Shown piece after piece: positions 10,567-21,502 of a DNA stretch of 32,000 nt. Under the pieces are notes generated by a model that was not told the origin of the DNA, ran no database searches, and saw only the letters and a program-made list of their open reading frames with translations. This DNA comes from a cyanobacterium endosymbiont of Epithemia turgida isolate EtSB Lake Yunoko (GTDB taxonomy: Bacteria > Cyanobacteriota > Cyanobacteriia > Cyanobacteriales > Microcystaceae): the NCBI RefSeq assembly GCF_000829235.1, contig NZ_AP012549.1, forward strand, positions 60,001-92,000. The letters run 5' to 3'. Numbering within the stretch: position 1 is the stretch's first letter; the number at the start of each line of letters is the position of its first letter. The translations under genes were made by a program, and so were the position numbers.

Positions 10567-10725
10567 ATGGATAATTGTCCTATTTGTTCTAGTCAAATTC
10601 TACGGCATATCAATCATCACAAAATTTACTGGTATTGTCCCCATTGCCATGAAAAGGTTCCTAATTTCACTCGATTTTTAGTTTCTCAGAAGATTCATGA
10701 GGTTGTAACTGAGGAAAAACGTTAA
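10567..10725 (+). CDS. Small zinc-ribbon protein, 52 aa (below the ORF-track length cutoff)
   Basis: ATG..TAA ORF encoding MDNCPICSSQILRHINHHKIYWYCPHCHEKVPNFTRFLVSQKIHEVVTEEKR. Two CPxC knuckles are spaced 18 aa apart (a 4-Cys zinc-ribbon pattern). It has a promoter-like motif upstream and a hairpin 24 nt downstream. Confidence 0.5.
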   Translation: MDNCPICSSQILRHINHHKIYWYCPHCHEKVPNFTRFLVSQKIHEVVTEEKR

Positions 10726-10748
10726 TATGTAACAGTCAAAATTAATTA

Positions 10749-10771
10749 TCCTACTCTTTTAAAGAGTAGGA
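10749..10771 (+). terminator. Hairpin downstream of the zinc-ribbon ORF
   Basis: tcctactct / agagtagga complementary arms (9-11 bp) around a tttaa centre. There is no clear U-tract on the plus strand (followed by caacatata), so terminator function is uncertain. Confidence 0.3.
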
Positions 10772-11018
10772 CAACATATAAATACTAATAATATGGACGG
10801 TCTGATCAATCCCGCCATAGCGCACAGTGCACAAGGGATATGATATGGTCAGATACATTGCCAAACTGTTGATTTGTCAAAAATCGGGTTGATATTTTGA
10901 TGATCGATTAATAAACTTGGACAGTCAACCAATCAAATCAATCATCTCAACTCCTTTAAAGAACTTCAACAGATCAATCAAGACTATTTACTCCCCTTAC
11001 GTCAAGAGAGTGCAACGT

Positions 11019-12095
11019 ATGGATTTTTTCGTGCTAGGTAAACTCTTAGCTGGATTAGTATTGTTAGTCGTTGGTGCAGAAGGATTAGTCAACGGTGCGT
11101 CTTTCCTAGCAGCTAGTTTGGGGATTTCTCCATTGGTCATTGGGTTAACTATTGTTGCTTATGGGACAAGTTCACCCGAAATGGCTGTGGCTATTCAATC
11201 AAGTTTTACCGGACAGGCCGATATCGCGTTGGGGAATATAGTTGGTAGTAATATTTTTAATGTCTTAGTCATTTTAGGGTTATCCGCCTTAGCAATGCCT
11301 CTAATAGTGGCACAACAGTTGATTAGACTTGAGGTTCCTATCATGATTGGGATTTCATTGCTGACTTTGTTGTTTGGATTTGACGGCTTGATTAACCGCT
11401 CAGATGGAGTAATTTTAGTAATCGGTGGAATTATTTATACTATTTTTCTCATTGTTAAAGGGTCAAAACAACCTTCTGAAGAAAAAGAATATGAAAAATA
11501 CACCGTTTTAGAAGATATTTCAGTTTTTCAATGGATGAAGAATTTAGGATTAATGTTAGGGGGAACAGGGTTATTAATTTTAGGCTCTCGTTGGTTGGTG
11601 GAAAGTTCTACTAGCATCGCCCTCACCATTGGAGTTAGTGAATTAGTTATTGGTTTGACGATTGTTGCAGTAGGAACGTCATTACCAGAATTGGCCACCT
11701 CAGTTATGGCTACTTTGAAAGGAGAGCGAGATATTGCGGTTGGTAATGTGATTGGAAGTAACATATTTAATATTTCGGCTGTATTAGGAATAGGGGCTAT
11801 GGTTTCTCCTCAAGGCATCCCTGTCTCTAATGCTGCCATTGGATTTGATCTACCAGTGATGATTGCGATCACTATTTCTTGTTTACCTATTTTCCTTACA
11901 GGAAATGTGATCGACCGTTGGGAAGGGTTACTGTTTGTTAGTTATTATATTGCTTACACAACTTATTTAATTCTACGTTCGACGGGACACGATAGCCTAC
12001 ACATATTCAGTAATATCATGCTTCTTGTTGTTATTCCCCTGACTGTACTTACTTTAACTATAGTCACCGTCAATAGTTTATGGAAACAAAGGTAA
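11019..12095 (+). CDS. Ca2+/Na+ antiporter, CaCA family (YrbG-type)
   Basis: Two alpha-repeats: GTSSPEMAV...GNIVGSNIFNV and GTSLPELATS...GNVIGSNIFNI. About 10 hydrophobic segments. I place the start at ATG 11019 (MDFFVLGKLL...). The track ORF from 10917 begins at TTG and adds 34 non-hydrophobic residues. Confidence 0.85.
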   Translation: MDFFVLGKLLAGLVLLVVGAEGLVNGASFLAASLGISPLVIGLTIVAYGTSSPEMAVAIQSSFTGQADIALGNIVGSNIFNVLVILGLSALAMPLIVAQQLIRLEVPIMIGISLLTLLFGFDGLINRSDGVILVIGGIIYTIFLIVKGSKQPSEEKEYEKYTVLEDISVFQWMKNLGLMLGGTGLLILGSRWLVESSTSIALTIGVSELVIGLTIVAVGTSLPELATSVMATLKGERDIAVGNVIGSNIFNISAVLGIGAMVSPQGIPVSNAAIGFDLPVMIAITISCLPIFLTGNVIDRWEGLLFVSYYIAYTTYLILRSTGHDSLHIFSNIMLLVVIPLTVLTLTIVTVNSLWKQR

Positions 12096-12412
12096 AAACG
12101 ATAGATTTTCCCTAATGAGTATTTAAGTTGTTCCTCGTTAGTAGCTATTATAAAGATTTCAGTTGAAGATATTATCGACCTAAACTATTTATCCGAAGAG
12201 GTATTAGTGAGGATTGTATTTATATATACTATACTGCCAACAGTAGGTTTTCAAATTAAATCCTCAATATTAGTCATCAAATTGTTAGTCATAACACTTA
12301 TGAATGCAATCTCTGTAATATTACTTATAAAAAAATAAATGAAAATATCACAGAGAATTGTCAACAAATGAATCATAGTTTTTGAATGAAGATAAAAAAA
12401 TAAAAGAAGATG

Positions 12413-12451
12413 TCTATTTACTCTATCATGAAAAATAATGGAGTAAATAGA
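12413..12451. repeat. Perfect inverted repeat, 11-bp arms, 17-nt spacer
   Basis: tctatttactc (12413-12423) and gagtaaataga (12441-12451). Individually compatible with chance in AT-rich DNA. Confidence 0.8.
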
Positions 12452-12607
12452 TTAGTTAAATAGTTAGATCAAGATAATTTAAATCAAATGAAAATATTAA
12501 GTAATTGACTAGAAAAATAAAAACAATTTGGTGATGATATTTTGGGCTTTGTGGTTTTCGACAAATGACTCTGATGTTAAATGATGGCAATAGCATAAAT
12601 ATAAAAG

Positions 12608-12952
12608 TTATTCTTTAGGCTCTAATAATTGACCAAAAAATCCAGAAACAAGAGATAAAATAATTGAACCAAATAAGGCATCCCAAAAGGTATCAATGCT
12701 AAACCCTGGTGTCAAATAACTCACTAAAGAAAAAGCAATAGCATTAACCACAAATAAAAATAACCCTAAACTCAAAAAAGTTAAAGGAAATGTAAATAAA
12801 ATCAGAATAGGCCGAACAATAGCATTAATTACTCCCATCACAATAGCAGCAAAGGTAGCAGCAAAAAAGGATTTAATAAAAATGCCTGGAATAACATAAG
12901 CCGTAATTAATAGTGAGATTGCTGTGATAAGCCACGTAAATAAAAATTGCAT
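12608..12952 (-). CDS. DUF360 / phage-holin-4-2 family small membrane protein (YvlD-like)
   Basis: 114 aa with four hydrophobic helices. The pattern ...VMGVINAIVRPILILFTFPLTFLSLGLFLFVVNAIAFSL...PGFSIDTFWDALFGSI matches the family layout. Confidence 0.75.
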   Translation of the reverse strand: MQFLFTWLITAISLLITAYVIPGIFIKSFFAATFAAIVMGVINAIVRPILILFTFPLTFLSLGLFLFVVNAIAFSLVSYLTPGFSIDTFWDALFGSIILSLVSGFFGQLLEPKE

Positions 12953-13065
12953 ATCAGTTATTTAACCTCTTTTTAATAAAAAATATATCAAGCTTATAGG
13001 AAGACACAATAATAATGTTGCGCTAAAAGATTTTCCTGATTGTCTTTATTTATTAAAAGCCAAAA

Positions 13066-15474
13066 TTAGTAAGGCCATTTCCATTCAGTTATTTCTGGTT
13101 TGTCGATACCATTATCATAGGCATAAGCTCTATGTGCCATAATAGCATTCTTCATGTGTTCATGAACATAAGCGGCGGCTGACCCTAATTTAGAAACACG
13201 GTGAATGACATCAATCACTAAATTAAAGCGATCAACTTGATTATTCATCGCTAATTCGAGGGGGGTGTTAATATTACCCTTTTCCTTATAGCCGCGAACA
13301 TGAAGGTTAGCATGATTGGTGCGACGATAGGTTAACTTATGAATTAACCAAGGGTAGCCGTGAAAGTTAAAAATAATAGGCTTATCTTTAGTAAACAAAT
13401 TATCAAAATCCCAATCTGAAAGTCCATGAGGATGTTCTCGTTCCGGTTGTAATTTAAACAAGTCAACTACATTAATAAACCGCACTTTTAATTCAGGAAA
13501 TTCTTCTCGTAAAATAGCAGTAGCGGCTAAAGCCTCTTTAGTGGCAATGTCGCCACAACAGGCCATAACCACATCAGGGCTATCAAGTTCTGTGCCACAA
13601 TCATCGTTACTAGCCCAATCCCAAATACCAATGCCCTTAGTACAATGTTCAATAGCTTTTTCTATGTCTAAATATTGGAGGTGTTTTTGTTTATCGGAAA
13701 CGATGACGTTAACGTAATTCTTACTTCGAAAACAATGATCTCCAACAGACAGTAAACAGTTAGCATCGGGGGGGAAATACACACGAACTATGTTTGCACT
13801 CTTATTGGTAACAAGATCAACATACCCTGGATCTTGGTGACTAAACCCATTATGATCTTGTCGCCAAACAGTGGAAGACAACATGATATTTAGGGAAGAA
13901 ATTGATGCCCGCCAAAATACTTTATTTTTGCAGATATCAAGCCATTTAGCATGTTGGTTAAACATTGAGTCAACCACATGAGCAAACGCTTCATAGGTGT
14001 GGAAGAATCCGTGACGACCTGTTAATAAATAGCCTTCTAGCCATCCTTGTAACGTATGTTCGCTCAATATTTCCATTACCCGTCCATCAGTGGCAATTTC
14101 AGTGCCGTCAGCATCTTCAGGCAGAATATCAGCCATCCATACTTTTTTACTTGCTTGGTAAATATTGCTTAGACGATTAGATGCAGTCTCATCAGGACCA
14201 AAAACACGGAAGTTAGTCATGTTGTTAGCCATGATATCCCGTAAAAAATTTCCAAACAAGAAAGTATTTCCCACCTCTATTGTTCCAGGCTTGGTTACTT
14301 CAACTTTATAGTTACGGAAGTCAGGCATTTTAAGGTTTTTACGGAGTAACCCTCCATTGGCGTGAGGGTTAGCACTCATGCGGCGATAGCCGATGGGGGC
14401 AAGTTTCTGTAATTCGGAAATTAATGTACCATTTTCATCAAAAAGTTCTTCGGGTTTGTAACTCTTCATCCAGTCCTCAAGAACTTTTAAGTGAGCAGCA
14501 TTATTGTGCATTTCTGATAAGGGAACTTGATGTGATCGCCAGAAGTTTTCTGTTTTCTTGCCATCTACTTCTTTAGGGCCTGTCCATCCTTTTGGAGAGC
14601 GTAACACAATCATTGGCCACATGGGGCGTTTAGCTGTCCCACTACTATGCGCTTCTTGTTGAATTTGTTTAATTGCTTTGATCGCTGCTTCCATGGTAGC
14701 GGCCATTTTCTGATGCATTACTTCAGGATCAGAGCCTTCGACAAAATAAGGTTTATAACCATACCCCTTGAAGAGACATTCTAGTTCTTCATGACTAATA
14801 CGAGCCAAAATTGTCGGATTAGCAATTTTATAACCGTTGAGGTGCAAAATAGGTAACACAGCACCATCACGTACGGGGTTGAGAAATTTATTAGAATGCC
14901 AAGAAGTGGCTAATGGTCCAGTTTCTGCTTCTCCATCTCCTACCACGACAGCAACGATAAGGTTGGGGTTATCTAAGGCCGCACCGTATGCGTGGGAGAG
15001 ACAATAGCCCAATTCTCCCCCTTCATGAATTGATCCAGGAATTTCTGGAGTACAATGGCTACCGATTCCCCCAGGAAAGGAAAACTGCTTGAAAAACTTT
15101 TTCATTCCCTCCTCATCTTGGCTTTTATCAGGGTAAGTCTCAGAATAGGTTCCTTCAAGATACACTGGCCCGAGTATTCCGGGAGAGCCGTGACCAGGAC
15201 CTGTTATATAGATTGCGTCTAAATCATATTTTTTAATCAGGCGATTGAGGTGGATATAAACAAAGCTCAAACCAGGACTTGATCCCCAATGTCCCAACAA
15301 ACGCTTTTTAATGTGTTTTTCCTGTAAAGGTTCTTTGAGTAAAGGATTATCTTGTAGGTAAATCATCCCAACAGCAAGGTAGTTACAAGCTCGCCAATAA
15401 GCATTAATTTGTCGTAAATCGCTGTCAGAAAGAGGATTTTCTTCTAAAGTTAAGTTTTCTGGTGTAGTTGTCAT
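13066..15474 (-). CDS. xfp: Xylulose-5-phosphate/fructose-6-phosphate phosphoketolase
   Basis: 802 aa. XFP signatures [34 protein letters not shown] and [15 protein letters not shown]. The full-length ORF is intact. Confidence 0.93.
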   Translation of the reverse strand: MTTTPENLTLEENPLSDSDLRQINAYWRACNYLAVGMIYLQDNPLLKEPLQEKHIKKRLLGHWGSSPGLSFVYIHLNRLIKKYDLDAIYITGPGHGSPGILGPVYLEGTYSETYPDKSQDEEGMKKFFKQFSFPGGIGSHCTPEIPGSIHEGGELGYCLSHAYGAALDNPNLIVAVVVGDGEAETGPLATSWHSNKFLNPVRDGAVLPILHLNGYKIANPTILARISHEELECLFKGYGYKPYFVEGSDPEVMHQKMAATMEAAIKAIKQIQQEAHSSGTAKRPMWPMIVLRSPKGWTGPKEVDGKKTENFWRSHQVPLSEMHNNAAHLKVLEDWMKSYKPEELFDENGTLISELQKLAPIGYRRMSANPHANGGLLRKNLKMPDFRNYKVEVTKPGTIEVGNTFLFGNFLRDIMANNMTNFRVFGPDETASNRLSNIYQASKKVWMADILPEDADGTEIATDGRVMEILSEHTLQGWLEGYLLTGRHGFFHTYEAFAHVVDSMFNQHAKWLDICKNKVFWRASISSLNIMLSSTVWRQDHNGFSHQDPGYVDLVTNKSANIVRVYFPPDANCLLSVGDHCFRSKNYVNVIVSDKQKHLQYLDIEKAIEHCTKGIGIWDWASNDDCGTELDSPDVVMACCGDIATKEALAATAILREEFPELKVRFINVVDLFKLQPEREHPHGLSDWDFDNLFTKDKPIIFNFHGYPWLIHKLTYRRTNHANLHVRGYKEKGNINTPLELAMNNQVDRFNLVIDVIHRVSKLGSAAAYVHEHMKNAIMAHRAYAYDNGIDKPEITEWKWPY

Positions 15475-15610
15475 AGTTTATCGTTTTAAATTTGTATTTA
15501 AAGTTTATTACTGTAAATTAGTTACTTTTATTTAGTATAGTTATTTTTTTAAAATTTATTCACGTATATTCAAAAATTAAGTAACTGTAATAGCATGGCG
15601 ACTATAATTT

Positions 15611-15651
15611 TTTCATAGTAGCAATTTTTTGTAAATATTGCTACTATGAAA
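15611..15651. repeat. Perfect inverted repeat, 15-bp arms, 11-nt spacer, in the xfp-gap divergent intergenic region
   Basis: tttcatagtagcaat (15611-15625) and attgctactatgaaa (15637-15651). Lies 137 bp upstream of the xfp start and directly abuts dispersed-repeat copy A. Confidence 0.9.
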
Positions 15652-15663
15652 GGCTTTCAAATT

Positions 15664-15772
15664 ATCAGAACTCGGTACTTATAAAGATTAAGTCTTTGAA
15701 GTTATAGAATTTCATTAAAATAAGAGTTTTGGAGTTTGTTAGCTACTAATTTATAATTCTTGGTCGAGAAGA
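15664..15772 (+). repeat. Dispersed repeat, copy A (~109 bp)
   Basis: Aligns by eye at roughly 75% identity with 20085-20191. Shared blocks: atcagaa, ttataaa-attaagt-tttgaagtta-agaat, aaaat, agttttgga, ttagctact-attta, ttct, aaga. Confidence 0.75.
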
Positions 15773-15997
15773 GCTATGACTGTTTACTAATTTAGAAAGT
15801 TTAGTGATTTAAAACAAACAATGTAATTCAAGAGAATTTTTTTAAGTTATGGGATTAAATCAGAATGATGAAATAGTTAAAATTTTAAAAAATTTATGAA
15901 ATACAGAAATATCAGCTAAATATATATAAAATATTGATATTTTAGGCTTCACTTAAGATATAAGTTACGGGAAATACAGTACTGTAAGAACAAATAG

Positions 15998-17092
<1,095 letters not shown>

Positions 17093-17238
17093 TTTCTTCG
17101 GCTCTTCTAGACGACTAGCTGTGGAAGAGCTATAATAGTTGACACTACACACCCTTTCCTAAGTTATAAAATACTTCCAAAGTAGAAGTTCTAGGGTGCG
17201 ATTTTAATTGATGGATCTAAAAGAGAACATCTAGTTTC

Positions 17239-17276
17239 CCATCATAGTTCTTTAACTCCATCATAGTTCTTTAACT
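17239..17276 (+). repeat. Exact 19-bp tandem duplication
   Basis: ccatcatagttctttaact occurs twice back to back (17239-17257, 17258-17276). A 9-bp tandem (atctggttt x2) lies about 80 bp downstream. Confidence 0.95.
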
Positions 17277-19152
17277 AGTGTTAATACTCTGCTTCTCTGT
17301 CTTAACCTCTACACTTCGAATTTGAGCTATAGTCAAAGCATGAACACTTTTAATCTGGTTTATCTGGTTTATTTTTTTTACTAAAACTATTGGAGATGCC
17401 TCCCTATTAAACCAAGCTTTGTCTGTCACCTCAGTTACCTCAATTGAATAAAGACTCTTAAATAAGAAGACTTCACTATCCAAGAGGTTGGATAGTTCTC
17501 CTCAACATTTACTGAAAAACTGAATCTTACGAATTGATTCATCACTAGACTAAAGAAAAGGATAATAATTATGATAGTCGTAATAATCGTTAAAAATAGA
17601 ATCAGCGATTGTCCTTGACATTAACAAGTTAGCCGAGATAATCGCTTATAAATATCACCCATAATTTTAACCAATGATTAATAATTTCAATTAACTCGAT
17701 AAATATTAATTAGCTATAACTATCTATAAAAAATTTCCCAAACACATAATGCTAAAGTTTATCTTTCGTGTAGTATATGTGGACAAGCAGCTAGTCAATA
17801 TTCCGATCTTGTTGAAGATTTAGTTCAGTGGGAAATTACCAACATTTCGGTGGAAACTGAAATGGTAGAACCAACTTATCAAGTAGTCGCTAGGGCTGAG
17901 AAAAAATTACTTTTAGAATTGATCATACAACAAAGACAAAACTAATTTGCAACCCGTTATATTCAGACATAGGCTTTATGTGTTGAGCATAGCAATTATA
18001 AGGTATTAGTTGTACTAAACCAAGTGAGTCAGCTCAAATAAGTGTTAAATAAAAGAGTTCTATAAAAAGAGTGATCGCTCGATAGTAGACTGCCCGAGAG
18101 TATAGTTGACATAATTAGGAATACAAGAACTATCAAAATTGACTAGCAACCCAAAAGTCTTTTCCAGAGTTAGAATATAAACATCATATCTAAATATAAG
18201 AGGCTAAGAAAGTTAAAGAGATATCAAATTGGGTGTAACTATTAGAAAATACAATTAAAAAAGAATTGATCGAGTAATTATTTAAGCAAGAAAAGGATAG
18301 TGATATTGTTTTGTAAATGGAAGAAAAAGAACTTTGATTTGAAAAGATATAAAATCTCTTCAAGAGAGCTCAGAAAGAGATGAAATAACTTATTATATCC
18401 AAGTTTTTTTTATTAAAAAATAGATAAAAGTAAAATTTACTACTAAAAAATAGTTAACTTTGTTTAAATAGCTACAAATATAAAGTATTAAAACTAATGA
18501 CAGCAATTGTTCTGTATCCTACAAAAAAAGAGGTTAAAAAGGTAGTACAATTTTAGACAATGAGACATAGGGATTCAAGCAATACGGAAAATATAAAAAG
18601 ATAGATATAGCGATTATTCTTGGTAATTACTCGGTATATATCAAGTGGTTTATAAAAGTAAAATTGAAACGTTAGTAAGAGCTAAGCCTTGCAAACAAAG
18701 GTTGTATACGCAATCTGTTAATTTATTCAGTGAACGTGACATTTATTTTTAAAGAATCAGCTTTTAGTCTATTAGTAGGTGAATTATATCATTTTTTAAA
18801 ACGCTATCATTGTTGTTAATATCTCAATTAGCACATAACAAGGTTAACGATTATCTCAGATAATTATCATCAATAATTGAGATTTAAATTATTGTTTAAA
18901 TTTAGCATAACACGAAGTTATCTTAGTTTTTTACTTTAAAATAAAAAAATATTTTTTAGGGAAATATGGATAAGTAATCAGCAAAAAAAATATTAATATA
19001 AGAGTTACAAATAATACAGTTTATCGAATGTTATATTTTTAATATGTTGTTTAAATAGGATTAATTCTAAAAAATTAAAAAATATTTATAAAGTATAATT
19101 ATATCAATTAATTTTATTAATTTTTATTTTATATTCTGTTGATAATAGGGAA

Positions 19153-19198
19153 TTACTGAAAAACTTGTTGATAAAATTATCAACAAGTTTTTCAGTAA
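19153..19198. repeat. Perfect inverted repeat, 21-bp arms, 4-nt spacer
   Basis: ttactgaaaaacttgttgata (19153-19173), aaat, tatcaacaagtttttcagtaa (19178-19198). In the middle of a gene desert. Confidence 0.95.
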
Positions 19199-20084
19199 AA
19201 TATCCTTGGACTACCAATAATTTACTAGTCAAATTTTACATTAACTTAGAAAGTAATTTACGGTCATCGGTGTTGCCTAGAGTTAACTTAAAAGTCAATA
19301 TTTACTGCAGTAATTTATAGTTAAATGCGGTTTTAATCCGCAATGCTATCTCGCATAATTTCATACCTATTCAACTAGTTCTTTAAAAACTCAATATACT
19401 CTTCGGATTAGAATTGATGAAATTAATTTTTATTATTTTTATTATAAAAATTAGTAAAAATTAGCATATTAAAATTATTATCTAGAGCATAAATTTTATA
19501 AAATAATGATAGCTGATTTTGTAAAAAAATGCTTTTTTACAAAAGACAAAAGAAGCTGTAACATATAAAGTTTCGATATCCTGATCCAGGAAAAATGATA
19601 ACAAAAATTTTAACTTCACTTCTTCTCAGTTAAACTCCCATTTTTACAATAGAAGATCAATCTGTATTCACTTGAGATTTATCATTATGTGTAAATAATT
19701 ATTTATTAATGGTTCCGATAATCCCTGAGATTATCACTAAAAACTTAAATTTAATAAATTACTATATAATTATAAAATTATAATCTTAATAAGATATTAT
19801 CTTTAACCTTTAAAGTAGCTAATTTATTTCTGTTTAAATTGCTTTTAATTCAATATTTATACTGCTTATATTTGCCATCATTTTTACTCTCTATTAGTTT
19901 ATATTATTATTTTTTAGTTAATTACTTAAAGTTGTATTATGTATAAATCATTAACTGTTGAAACAGTAATAATTGGTTGTTTTAACTCTAGAACAAATCA
20001 ATCGTAACTCTTCCAGATTAGCTGTGAAAAAATAATAATCAATAAAAAAAAGCTGAGAGTCTTGACTTATAAGATTTACAGCAT

Positions 20085-20191
20085 ATCAGAAAATTTTTTA
20101 TAAAAATTAAGTTTTTGAAGTTACAGAATACAGTCAAAATCATAGTTTTGGACATTATTAGCTACTGATTTATCATTCTGAGTTGACAAGA
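20085..20191 (+). repeat. Dispersed repeat, copy B (~107 bp)
   Basis: Homologous to 15664-15772 in the same orientation (see copy A). Ends 75 bp from the 3' end of the Gfo/Idh/MocA pseudogene. Confidence 0.75.
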
Positions 20192-20265
20192 TCCATATAT
20201 TGTTTTATATCTAGCACGTCTACCCAGCAGTTCTTATCATTTACTTTATAGGCTAAATCCACTAT

Positions 20266-21302
20266 TTATTGAGAATAAACTCCTTCACATAAAGAGGGAA
20301 CTAAATACTTTCCTTGATCAATACTTTTTCCCCAACGATCAACGACTCGAATAAATAGTGCTAATCTTCCATCGGTAAAGAGTTCAGGGAATGCCAACTG
20401 TTTAATAATTTCAACTTCTGTGAGGGATTGACCTGCAGGAGCAGCTTGTAAATGAAAGCCATGAATATAATCTTTTAGGTTATTACTTCCTAAGACTAAA
20501 GTACCATGATCGCCATATACTTCACTTATACCCAATGTCCGTGTCCATTATTAAGTTAACGAACTGAGGGATACTTGACAGGGTACTCCATCATTCAGTT
20601 CTAACATCAATAAAGAAGTGTCATCAGTATTAACCGGCTTTAACTTACTATTATCTTTAGGATCAGGACGTTCTTTAATTGCAAAAATTATTTGAGCTGA
20701 TAATCGTTTAAAAGGTCCAAATAACCAGTGAATATATATACTCGAAACAATGGGAGCCAAGTGTCCCTAAAACTCCTCCTCCTTGATCTCAAGGGGAATA
20801 CCAATTCTAAGCAAGTTCTGGGTTTGCGCGACTCGCCACTAACCAATCAATCTTAATTAGGCGAATTAGTCTCACATAATTTTATTGTAAGTATTTTTAT
20901 AAAAGTTGCCACTTAGGAACATAACGAAACTCAAAATATGTTGTGACAACTAATTTTTTTTGTTGCGTTATGATGATAAAGTTCTTTTGCTTCTTGCGCT
21001 GACATCGCCATAGGTTTTTCTAACAGTAGATGTTTATCTGCTTCCAAAATTTATTTACCCATTTCTTAGTGAAGCAACAGAGGTTCAGAAAGACTAACAG
21101 CATTGATTTTACTTAGAGATAAGAGTTTTTAAAAATTATCAAAAACATAGGGGATATGGTGAGAATCTGCTATGGCTTTGGATTTTGGTAAATCATGATT
21201 GTAAATAGCAATTACCTCGGTGCTAGAATGGTGTTTTAATCCTGGAATATGGACAGCTTGACTAAAACCGGTTGCGATAACAGTGACACGAATAGTTGAC
21301 AT
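20266..21302 (-). pseudogene. Gfo/Idh/MocA-family NAD(P)-dependent oxidoreductase, inactivated
   Basis: The minus strand from ATG 21302 reads MSTIRVTVIATGFSQAVHIPGLKHHSSTEVIAIYNHDLPKSKAIADSHHIPYVFDNF*KLLSLSKINAVSLSEPLLLH*EMGK*ILEADKHLLLEKPMAMSAQEAKELY. This is the Rossmann N-terminus plus the EKPMA motif, with three in-frame stops. Later frames carry GGGVLGTLGSHCFEYI and further frameshifts. The 69-aa and 89-aa track ORFs (20551-20760, 20266-20535) are its C-terminal pieces. Confidence 0.85.
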
Positions 21303-21452
21303 AATCCCCGTTATAATCGAAACTTAAAATGTTACATGACAGTTTACTATCTATTTTTTAATAACTGCTCCAGTTTGTAACCATATCATGACTTTGAATT
21401 AAAAAATGAAGTATCTTATTGTATATAACCAAAATCTTCATGATGATTTTGT

Positions 21453-21502
21453 ATAACTTTAAGCATTGAGATATTTGCACATATCTCAATGCTTAAAGTT
21501 AT
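21453..21502. repeat. Perfect inverted repeat, 22-bp arms, 6-nt spacer
   Basis: ataactttaagcattgagatat (21453-21474), ttgcac, atatctcaatgcttaaagttat (21481-21502). Same 22/6 geometry as 9918-9967 but unrelated sequence. Confidence 0.95.

Noticed and set aside
10917-11018. N-terminal extension of the antiporter ORF (TTG start at 10917) and likewise of gap1 (16004-16054)
   Set aside because: The extensions lack family-typical sequence. Internal ATGs (11019 and 16055, the latter with a TAGGAG SD) give N-termini matching the conserved starts.
17099-17132. Possible gap1 terminator (gctcttc ... gaagagc, 7-bp stem, 16-nt loop)
   Set aside because: Short stem, large loop and no downstream U-tract. 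Not convincing as an intrinsic terminator.
17271-17483. 70-aa minus-strand ORF (TTG start)
   Set aside because: Non-ATG start, it spans the 19-bp and 9-bp tandem duplications, and no family is recognised. At most it is a fragment of a decayed gene.
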